DNA of 64,000 bases, the filler included, from Sanchytrium tribonematis (lineage: Eukaryota), in the NCBI GenBank assembly GCA_018985235.1. It is 7 parts of 7 records of this genome, joined end to end, with 100 filler letters (N's around TTAATTAATTAA, not from the genome) between each part and the next. Parts side by side here need not be neighbours in the genome. Positions count along the whole stretch, not along the records: positions 18,848 to 28,158 come from JADGIG010000333.1; positions 28,259 to 37,556 come from JADGIG010000334.1; 5 more parts are not named here. The stretch is one strand, 5' to 3'. This document shows, one piece after another, positions 22,132 to 31,900 of the stretch. Under the pieces are notes generated by a model. That model was given only the letters and a program-made list of their open reading frames with translations. It ran no database searches and was not told where the DNA came from. Position 1 is the stretch's first letter. Each line of letters opens with the position of its first letter. A program made the translations under genes and the position numbers.

Positions 22132-23205
22132 TCAAACGCCCTTCAACATTTCTAATTGCTCATTTGTATACAATTTAGGTGCTTGCTTCATAGTTCTTCC
22201 TTCAATTTCTTTATATTGAGGAGGAATCATCTCGATTTTGATTTTCTCTTTTTTAATCATTTTAGAGAAATCTAGACAGTTATAATCAATTCCATCTACA
22301 TCTTCTAGATCCCAAAATGCTCTTTTCTTACTACTTGGGTGATTCATGTCCATCCAATCCTGTGAAAATGACTCAAATAATCCTGAAATATCTGTGTGAT
22401 AGTGCTTGCTTAATGCCTTTAATTCAAAACATTGGCGTGTATTATCACTATTTGGTGAATATTCTCCATTCAAATGTACTGATTCATCATGAATTAAATC
22501 CCATAAAGCAGGTTTATTTTGACGCATTAAATTACATAAAATAACAGCAATTTTAGACTGAATTTTGGGTGGATTTAATAATGAAAGTGTACATAGTAAT
22601 TTATAATAGTTTCTCAAGTGTAAATGTGAGATTTTAGTAGAATTTAACATGGTTTGAATTAAATCAAAAGATGCTTCATTTTGGATTAGAATTGGCAACA
22701 AATGGTAGACACGGTCATAAAATGATTCCACTTGAATGTTTTTCTTAATCATTAGGAACATGAGTGCTTCCAAGGTGCTTGTGATTTGAGAATTATTAGG
22801 GTTGAGTGAATTTAATAAAAATCCATACAGTTTCTCAGGATGGGGAAGCGTATTTAGATATTTCAATCCGATTTCTAATGCGATATCACCTTGTAATTGT
22901 AAGCATATCTTTTCCAAGAGGCTATAATGGTTTTTTTGCAATAAACAGGGATGATTTTGGATTTTGAGCAATGTTTTGGTTTCTACTGACATCATGATGA
23001 ACTTATGGAGTTGTGGGTACTCTTTGATATGTTCGTTGATGATTTTAAGTGTGAAATATCGGATATCCATGATTTTCATGCATTTTTTGAAATATTTTGG
23101 ATCTATTTCCAATAGTAGCTGCAAGTGCTCCCTCATAGGCCATTGATGGACTACAGTCAGAGAAGCTAGAAAGATTTTAATCAATTCTTTGGGATCTTTT
23201 GACAT
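22132..23205 (-). CDS. CBF/Mak21-domain ribosome biogenesis protein (Noc4-like), N-terminally short
   Basis: ALMFLMIKKN, FYDRVYHLL, ELKALSKHYH resemble the Noc4 CBF domain. Confidence 0.65.
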   Translation of the reverse strand: MSKDPKELIKIFLASLTVVHQWPMREHLQLLLEIDPKYFKKCMKIMDIRYFTLKIINEHIKEYPQLHKFIMMSVETKTLLKIQNHPCLLQKNHYSLLEKICLQLQGDIALEIGLKYLNTLPHPEKLYGFLLNSLNPNNSQITSTLEALMFLMIKKNIQVESFYDRVYHLLPILIQNEASFDLIQTMLNSTKISHLHLRNYYKLLCTLSLLNPPKIQSKIAVILCNLMRQNKPALWDLIHDESVHLNGEYSPNSDNTRQCFELKALSKHYHTDISGLFESFSQDWMDMNHPSSKKRAFWDLEDVDGIDYNCLDFSKMIKKEKIKIEMIPPQYKEIEGRTMKQAPKLYTNEQLEMLKGV

Positions 23206-23258
23206 GATCTCCTGATTTGACCCTTTTAAATTGTAAAAAAAACTTGTAATATTTTTTA

Positions 23259-24071
23259 TTAATATGCCAATCTCGCTGTGACATTTGTCGAGACAAAGAC
23301 ATGTGGTTTATCTCCACTATTTGCACCTGCCACGAATCCATTCGTCACACTCACAGATGCCCAGTCTAGAGATCCTTCCCAACTTTCCATCTTTTTATCC
23401 GCGACTGACATGTCTACGCATCTGATAAAGTGTTTGCTCAAGTCAGAGGTAGTGCCGCATAGAAAGCTGCCACTCATGGTCATTTGATCCAATTGAAACT
23501 GGTATTTTTGAGTAAGCTGCATTTTAGCATCAACCGCTTTTCCAATAGCCCCGCAATGGATCCCATCTTCTTTGGAGATGCATACTTGGCCACCATCGAC
23601 AGCAACTGATTTGGCTCCATCGCCGGCGGGTTCGATTCTTACCCACTTTACGTCTTTCGTTGCAAATGGACTGCACCACAACTCAGAGTGTTCATTGACC
23701 AAACACATAAATTGATCGTCCATTTGGACCTGTAGAACTTTTCCACCATCTATCTTAGAAAAATCTACGTCAAATGTCGTGCCGTCTTTGTTTGGTTTCC
23801 CGTCAATGTTGTCAGTGCAGCGAATGTCGTGTTTTCGACCTACGACGCATGCTTTGGCTCCCCGGACAGCTATGAAAACGCCTTCGAATCCATTCTTGAT
23901 TTGGTAATCGGACCAAGTCGTTCCTCCATCACTGGTATATTTGCAATAATATCTCCCGTGATCAAGTCCGACACCGCATAGTCTACCGTTTGTCCCTTCA
24001 ATACTTGCAGACAGTTGTATCAAATTACCAGGTGTTTTTGTCATTTTGAGTGCGTGGACTAGTGAAATCAT
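23259..24071 (-). CDS. Secreted Cys-rich six-repeat (tectonin-like beta-propeller) protein, copy A, 270 aa
   Basis: Six repeats of type Q/S-V-S-x-D-G-x-x-C-G-V...I-x-C; co-linear with the adjacent paralog. Confidence 0.7.
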   Translation of the reverse strand: MISLVHALKMTKTPGNLIQLSASIEGTNGRLCGVGLDHGRYYCKYTSDGGTTWSDYQIKNGFEGVFIAVRGAKACVVGRKHDIRCTDNIDGKPNKDGTTFDVDFSKIDGGKVLQVQMDDQFMCLVNEHSELWCSPFATKDVKWVRIEPAGDGAKSVAVDGGQVCISKEDGIHCGAIGKAVDAKMQLTQKYQFQLDQMTMSGSFLCGTTSDLSKHFIRCVDMSVADKKMESWEGSLDWASVSVTNGFVAGANSGDKPHVFVSTNVTARLAY

Positions 24072-24277
24072 TTTCAATTTGGGAGCAGCAATCAATTTAT
24101 TTGAGTTTCAGACATTTATCTCTGAGAAACGACAAATCAGACTTTTTGATTGGGTTGAATTACTGAGTATAGACGAGAGAAACTTGGGGGAAAAGTCGTT
24201 ACTTTTAGTGTCTGCGTGACGTCTTTTTGATCATGAAGTTGGGGAACAACTTTGAAAATTGAAAATCCTAGAATTTA

Positions 24278-25090
24278 TTAATACGCCAAAATAGTTATGA
24301 CTTTCGAAGAGCCATAGACAACTGGCGTATCTCCAGTAGTGGCAGCATATATAAAACCATTTGTCACACTCACAGATGCCCAATCTTGAGATCCTTCCCA
24401 ACTTTCCATTTTTTTGTCTGTAACTGACATGTCCACACATCTGAGAAAGTGTTTGTTCAGATCTGGTGTCACCCCGCATAAGAAATTGCCATTCATGGAC
24501 ATCTGGTCTAATTGAAAGTCGTATTTTTTTGATAATTCCATATTTGGGTCTACTGATTTTCCCATAGCCCCGCAATAAATGCCATCTTCTTTAGAGACGC
24601 ATAGCAGATTAGCATCAATAGCTACTGATTTGGCACCGTCACCAGCTGGCTCAATTTTGATCCATTCCACATTTTCCGTAGAAAATGGACTGCAAAACGT
24701 TTCGGAGTCATCTGTGACTAAACACATGAAATCGTCATCCATTTGGACTTGTAAGATTGAACCTCCTTCCATTTTTGCAAAATCCACGTCATAAGACTCG
24801 CCATCTTCATTCAGAACCCCGTCGATATTGTGCGTGCATCGAATATCGTGTTCCCTTCCGACTACACAGGCTCTAGATCCTCTAACAGTTATAAAAATGC
24901 CTTCAAATCCATTCTTGAGCTGATAGCCAGACCAAGTCGCCCCACCATCATTGGTATACTTGCAGTAGTATTTCCCGTGATCGGTTCCAACACCGCACAG
25001 TCTACCGTCTTTTTCAATAATGTTTGTAGATAATTGGATTAAACTTCCATCTGTTTTTGCCAAATTTAGTGCATAGACGAGTGAAATCAT
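24278..25090 (-). CDS. Secreted Cys-rich six-repeat protein, copy B, 270 aa
   Basis: Same length and cysteine spacing as copy A; shared RCVDMSV.DKKMESWEGS.DWASVSVTNGF. Confidence 0.7.
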   Translation of the reverse strand: MISLVYALNLAKTDGSLIQLSTNIIEKDGRLCGVGTDHGKYYCKYTNDGGATWSGYQLKNGFEGIFITVRGSRACVVGREHDIRCTHNIDGVLNEDGESYDVDFAKMEGGSILQVQMDDDFMCLVTDDSETFCSPFSTENVEWIKIEPAGDGAKSVAIDANLLCVSKEDGIYCGAMGKSVDPNMELSKKYDFQLDQMSMNGNFLCGVTPDLNKHFLRCVDMSVTDKKMESWEGSQDWASVSVTNGFIYAATTGDTPVVYGSSKVITILAY

Positions 25091-25221
25091 TTTTGGATTG
25101 AGGGTTGCAATCAATTTATTCTAAATTCAAGTATTTAGCGCTGCAAAACAACTCTTTCACTCACTTGATTGGACCGAAATTATGAATAATTTAACAGCAC
25201 AGACTTGGGTGAATAAGAAAG

Positions 25222-25463
25222 TGTTGCAAGAGTAATATTTTAAAATACAGCCATTTAAATTGATTTTAAATTTGATTTTAACTTGCCTTCTGTCCAACGT
25301 GAGTAAGTAGTTGAAGGTATTTATTATATTCTGTGCTCCTTATATAGACAGGGACGTCGCATCGTCCTTATTCTTCATTGGTGGATTCTTAATTGTCGCA
25401 CCATCGCACATCTTGATTGGTGCCGCTTCTGATGCATCCGTGTTATGCATCTGACTCACGACA
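25222..25463 (-). repeat. 3' LTR, 242 bp
   Basis: Follows purine tract GGGGCAGAA (25472-25464); minus strand starts TGTCGTGAG and ends CTTGCAACA (imperfect inverted repeat); contains TATATAA and AATAAA. Confidence 0.75.
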
Positions 25464-28139
25464 TTCTGCCCCACAATGGAATATTCACCTGGGTAATATG
25501 GAATGATTCTTCTGTAATTTACTTTTTCCAAAACTCCAGATTCTCTTCGAATAATCAAATAATTTGCATTAATAGGGACATCAACAATTATAAATGGACC
25601 AAGCCAAGGTGGGTCAAATTTGCTAGCTCTACGAGAGTTTTCTAATAAAATATATCCATTAATTTTATACTTGAAATCAATTCTTTTACGATTTTCTCTG
25701 TCTAGTTCTTTGAATCTTCTTGTATTTAAATTGACATTGTCAATATTACTTGGAATGGAAGGGATAATCATATCTCTCTGAAATACCAAATTTCCTGGGG
25801 AAGTACCAAGACTAGAATGGTAATTAACTCTCATAAACCATGCAATTGCTGACAATTTTGTATGCCAATTATTTTCAACACCACCTGATGTTCTCAAATG
25901 CTCTTTTAAAGTACTATGAGCACGTTCAATAATTGAATTACACTGGGGATTGTACACAGTTGTATACAAGTGCTTGATTCCATAACTCTGAAATAATTCT
26001 TCCATTTCTGTACCAATCAAATTCTTTCCTTGATCCGTTAAAATACACTCAGGTCTAGGGTACCTGTTTAACCAGACATTATCTACTGTATTGGCAATAT
26101 TTAGACCACTGGTATTTGTCAATGCAACCAATTCAATAAATCGTGTTTTAATGTCAATAATTGTTAAAATATGAGTAAATACAATACCATCATCCTCAGA
26201 TACACTACTAAGGGGACCAACCACATCAATTGCAACAACTTGGAATGGATTTATGTCCATATCAATTGTGGTTTTGTGCAATTTGCCATAATTTTTCTTA
26301 TTTTGTTTTCCAGTTTGACAAATGTGGCATTTCTTGACAAATTCTTTGATATCTTGTTGTAACCCCGTCCAATAGATGTAGGATTTTAATGTATTATACA
26401 TTCGTCCTTGTCCTGGGTGACCAAACAAATCATGTGCCCAGACAAGGATATCCTTTCTCAAATTTTGTGGAATAATCATCTGAAATGAATCTTTTTTGCA
26501 CATTACAACATTGTTTTCAATCGAATTGACACAATATTCACTACTTTGATTTTCATTTGATTCAAATTCATTTTTACCTGGATGCTGATCTCTTTCAAGT
26601 TGAAGCAAATGGGATTTAAGAACAGAATCTGCTAGTTGTGCAGTTCGAATATATTGAGTAGCTAATGGAAAGTCCTCCATAGCGAGTGATTCTAAAAATG
26701 ATTGTTGGAAGTTCATGCGAGACAATAAATCTGCCACAACATTTGATTTTCTACTAATATGCTCAACTGTGGGGTTGAAATCCATTATTTCCATAAAGTA
26801 TCGCTGTAATTTTAAACTATTTGATGTTTGCAAATATGACAAGTTCAAACTGTCAGTGTAAATTCGCAAATCACACCCATACAACAACTTTCTGAGATGT
26901 TTAAGAATAGAAATCACTGCCAATGCTTCTTTATGTACAACAGTGTACCGCAATTGAGCAGGATTGAATTACCTCGAATAAAAATAGATCGGATTGGGAA
27001 TATTTCCTCATCGTACTGAAAAATACACACCCCAAGACCATATTCACTTGCATCACAGTAAATGTGAAATGGCTTTTACAACTGTCTAAACGACGTTGAT
27101 GCTCAGTTGTCCATTCAAACTTGACTGATTTCTTGGTTAATTGGGTTAGGGGTGCTAATATATCAGCACATCGTGGTATAAAGCGCCTAAAAAAGTTTAT
27201 CATTCCCAATTGGCTCCTTAATTCTGACACATTTCGGGGCTGGTGAAGTGCCAAAATACAAGACACTTTCTTTGGATTAGGCTTAATTCCTGATTGAGTC
27301 AACTGAAATCCTAAATATTTTAATTCCAATTGAGCAAAATTTGACTTTTTAATATTAATTCTAATATTATTTTCAAGTAAAATGTCAAATATAATTTTTA
27401 AGTGTTTGATATGCTCATTTTCATTAGCACTGAAAATAAGCAAATCATCTAAATATATAAGAACGAATTCCAAATGGCCAAATAAGGAAATCATCACTCC
27501 TTGAAACGCTTCTACGGATGTTTTAAGTCCTTGTGGCATTCGGGTGTACATATAAGTACCCCATGGGAACACAATACAAACATACTTTGCAAATTCAGGG
27601 TCCAGACGTAGTTGATTATATGCGCCAGTTTGATCTAGAGAAGTGAATATCATATTTTTGCCAATTTTGTACAATAATTCATCAATTGAGGGTATATACA
27701 CCGCCCTTCTTGCCAAAAATTGATTTAAATAAGTGGAATTAATTAGCAATCGCAAATCTCCATTTGGCTTCTTTGCAAAGAAACCAGGATGAGTATATGT
27801 GGCGCTAGAAATTTGTTTCAACAATCCTTCTTTAACCATTTTTCTCACCTTTTTCTTTGCCTTTTTAAGTACTTTAAAGGGGACAGGGTAAGGCTTACAT
27901 AATTTGGGTGGAACTGGCTTGACAAGATCGTTTTTAAACAGAAACCCCTTGATATAATTCGGTTTTAACTTTACGGACTCAAAATAAAAATTTAAAATAT
28001 TCATTAATTCATCTTTCCCTTGACTAGATAAATTTGAAACATCAACAACTGCATCAATTCCATTTTCTTCTTCTTTTTCATCAGATTCACTGTCTGATTC
28101 TACTTCCAAAATATCCATTCTGTCATCATCCATTTCCAA
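25340..28139 (-). pseudogene. Disrupted pol (RT-RNase H-integrase)
   Basis: Frameshift with apparent deletion near 27075 (LDSCK / KPFHIYCDAS), a second frameshift near 26995, and in-frame TAA at 26971-26969 in PIYFYSR*FNPAQLRY. Confidence 0.85.
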
Positions 28140-28158
28140 ATAAGGAATATGTGTGTTG

Positions 28159-28258
28159 NNNNNNNNNNNNNNNNNNNNNNNNNNNNNNNNNNNNNNNNNN
28201 NNTTAATTAATTAANNNNNNNNNNNNNNNNNNNNNNNNNNNNNNNNNNNNNNNNNNNN
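28159..28258. other. Artificial contig linker
   Basis: 44 N + TTAATTAATTAA + 44 N. Confidence 0.99.
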
Positions 28259-28915
28259 GATAAGCATAATATAAATAATGCTTTTGCTGTAAAGAGGGCT
28301 CAATAAATCCATTTGATCCCCAAATTTAACTGACAATATGTCCAAATAAGGTTAGTCTTGGTAGCTTGTGGCCCGCAGTAGAAAATGTATATGGTAATGC
28401 GATCTTGGTGCCAAAAATTGCCATTTTCAAGCCCCTAATTACATTTAATATGTGGCTTGTTGCCCTCTTAAGCTCTGCTTTTAACTCCAATTTTTGTTTT
28501 CAATCACTTTTTGATGTTTCTAATTCCATTTTAAGCTCCTTTGAAGATTAAATGCTGTTTATTTCCATGAACCTATTCCAAAAGAGGATCATTTTTCACT
28601 ATAAAGGCTATTTACCTCCTTTCATGACCTAAATTTTTTATGGCAATTTACAATAAATTCTCGATAAAAAGATCGACTCTCACATTTGCTAATGTTGAAA
28701 ATAAGTGTTTGAATCGGCGAACCTATTTTTCATTATCGCAAACTACTTATAGGGATAATATTTTGACCAGTCAATATAAAATATACGATCAGGTAACTAG
28801 AATTTTGGTACCATTGCCACCTTAAGCATATGAAATTCCAGATCTTATGTCACAGAACCTCAAAAGTTTGCCAAAATCAACAATAATTTTTACCAAGGAG
28901 AAAACCTGTTACAAG

Positions 28916-31900
28916 ATGATCCAACTTCAACAAATCTTGAATCTTTCGGGTTTACCACCTGCATCGATTGCTTTTACAACCATTTCCCTTTCTAACCATA
29001 CTGTTTGCGTTCGGGATCAGTCGCAAGTGCATTTACTAGGCTTGAATGGTGCTAAACAATCAAAATCCATAACTGCCCAGTCTGTCTTAATTCATCCGTC
29101 ATCATTGATATTGGCTTTGAGAAGTGATAACACTTGCCAAGTTGTTGATTTAGACAAGAAAGAAAAATTAGCCTCTACCTCTCTTGATGTTTTATATTGG
29201 GAATATTCTGACCAAGATATTGCTTGTATTACAGGCTCGAGTGTTTACTTATGGAATAATACACTTGTAAAATTATTTGACAAACAACCTCAATTGAATA
29301 ATTGTCAATATATTTCATTTAAACGAAATTTATCGAAGAAATGGATGTGTATTGTAGGATTAAACGCAAATGATGGTAATATCAAGGGTGTCATGCAATT
29401 ATACAACACCGAAAAAAACGTTTCTCAAGTGATTGAAGGCTATTGTTGCACATTTACACAATTAGGCCAATGGGATTTATTTGCATTCGTAACTAAAATC
29501 CCAAATGCTTTAAAAATCCATTTAATTGAAATTGATCACACTGATGGACCCGTCTTTGGCAAAAAACAAGTTGATGTGCCTCTGAGTGACGCAAATGATT
29601 TTCCAATTGGGTGCCAAGCACTTAATGGACTTTTATTTGTCTTTTCAAAAATGGGACAATTTTACCTGATTGATATTGAGAGCAATCAGCTAATTTACAT
29701 GAATAGCATGTCCGGCGGTACTGTTTTTGCAACGCATTTATTATCTGATGGTGTTTTGGGTGTTAATCGATCTGGACAAGTTTTAAAGTTAAACCTTGAT
29801 CCACAAAATACCATTTCATATATTTTGGATAAATTTGGTCCAGATTTAGCATTGAGCATAGCTAAAAGGTTTAATTTACCAGGTGCTGAAGACCTTTACA
29901 TGAAAAAATACCAACAGTTGTTAACCACAAATCCTTTAGAAGCTGCAAAACATGCTGCTCTTTCTCCACAAGGATTATTAAGAACTCCTCAAACGATTAA
30001 TCAACTAAAATCTCTGACTAGTCCAAATGGAAATCCATTATTAACATATTTTGGAACTCTTTTAGAATCTCCCATTGTTTTAAACCAAAATGAGTCCATG
30101 GAATTAGTACAAAGAATCTTGGCTCAAAACAAGAAACAGTTATTGGAGAAATGGCTCAAGGATGATAAATTGACATGCACTGAGGGCTTGGGTGATTTGG
30201 TTCGCCAGCAAGATAGTTTATTGGCGTTGAGTATCTATTTGAGATGTCAAGCGCATTCCAAAGCTATTGTTTGTTTTGCAGAGACTGGTCAATTTGACAA
30301 GATCATCCTTTACGTAAAACAAACCAAGATTAAGCCAGATTATCAACAACTTTTGCAATCTGTTGTTCGCAAAGATGCTGAAAAAGCAACTTTATTTGCA
30401 AAACAATTGGCTGCTGATCCAGAAATCCACATGCCTTTGGAACCTATTGTCGATATTTTCATGAATGCGAATTTGACTCAGCAAGCCACTGCCTTTTTGT
30501 TGGAAGCTTTGAAAGAAGATTCTCCAGAATATGGTCATTTGCAGACTAAATTATTAGAAATGAATCTGTTACAAGCCCCTCAGGTTGCGGATGCTATTTT
30601 GGGCAACGATATGTTTCATCATTACGACAAATCTTATATTGCTAGTCTTTGTGAAAAACAAGGGCTTTATCAACGCGCTTTGGAGCATTATGAAGATATT
30701 TATGATATCAAGCGTACATTGGTTCATACAAACTTGCTAAATCCTGAATGGGTGATTCAATATTTTGGAAGACTCTCAGTGGATCAATCTTTAGACTGCT
30801 TAAAAGAAATGTTGCAAAACAATCCTCGCCAAAATCTTCAATTGGTAGTTCAAATTGCCACAAAGTACCAAGAACAATTAGGCAGCACTCAGTTGATCAA
30901 ATTGTTTGAAGATGCGAAAACGTTTGAGGGTTTGTATTACTTTCTAAGTGCTATTGTGAATATTAGTCAGGACCAACTTGTTCACTTTAAATACATTCAA
31001 GCTGCTGTCAAAGTCGGTCAAGTGAAGGAAGTAGAACGTATTTGTAGAGAATCGAATTATTACGATCCTGAAAGAGTCAAAAACTTTTTAAAAGAAGCCA
31101 AATTGACTGATCAGTTGCCATTAGTGATTGTTTGTGATAGATTTGACTTTATTCACGATTTAATTCTTTATTTGTATCAAAATAATTTTATGAAATATAT
31201 TGAAATCTATGTTTTAAAAGTCAATCCAACAAAAACACCTGTCGTAATTGGTGCTTTATTAGATGTGGACGTACCAGAAACTCAAATCAAACAATTATTG
31301 ATGCAATCCAAAGGATTTCCAATTAATTTACTTGTAAATGAATTAGAAAAACGTGGGAAATTAAAACTTGGTTTAAATTATTTAGAAAACAAAGTGAAAG
31401 AGCAATCCACTGATCCAGATGTTCACAATGCACTTGCTAAAATTTACATTGACACCAATAATCAGCCTGAATTATATTTGAAACAAAATCAATGTTATGA
31501 TCCGTTATTAATTGGTCAATATTGTGAAAAGAGAGATCCATACTTGTCATTTATTGCCTATTCAATGGGAAAATGCGACTTGGAATGTATCCACGTCTGT
31601 ATTTCTAACAATATGTTTAAACATTTATCAAAATATTTGATCAGCCGTAAAAATATGGAAACTTGGGGACTTGTTTTGAATCAAAAAGAGCAAACATCTC
31701 CTGAATCTGCTCAAGGTGCTAAATCTCCTTCAAGTTCCTTGTTAAGTTCTGCTCAATTAAAACAATTGGTAGATCAAGTTAAACAATCCCTTTCTGAATC
31801 TCATGAACCAGAGGATGTTTCTACAACTGTTAAAGCATTCATGAATGCTAATTTACAGCACGAATTAGTGGAATTGTTAGACAAGTTGTTGTTAAATGAC

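Larger units (their letters stand above)
25222..28158 (-). mobile_element. Ty3/Gypsy LTR retrotransposon, decayed, 5' part cut by contig end
   Basis: Domain order RT (YLDD), RNase H (YCDAS..GLG, KEAL, YTD), integrase (H..H..C..C, IDVV, TDQG, ERAH), GPF-type tail, PPT, LTR. Confidence 0.93.

Noticed and set aside
26950..27085. Programmed frameshift or intron between RT and RNase H
   Set aside because: Two frame changes, a missing linker and a nonsense codon together indicate mutational decay
28259..28825. Short ORFs upstream of clathrin
   Set aside because: Stop-interrupted or about 60 codons, with no motifs; chance or unrecognisable remnants
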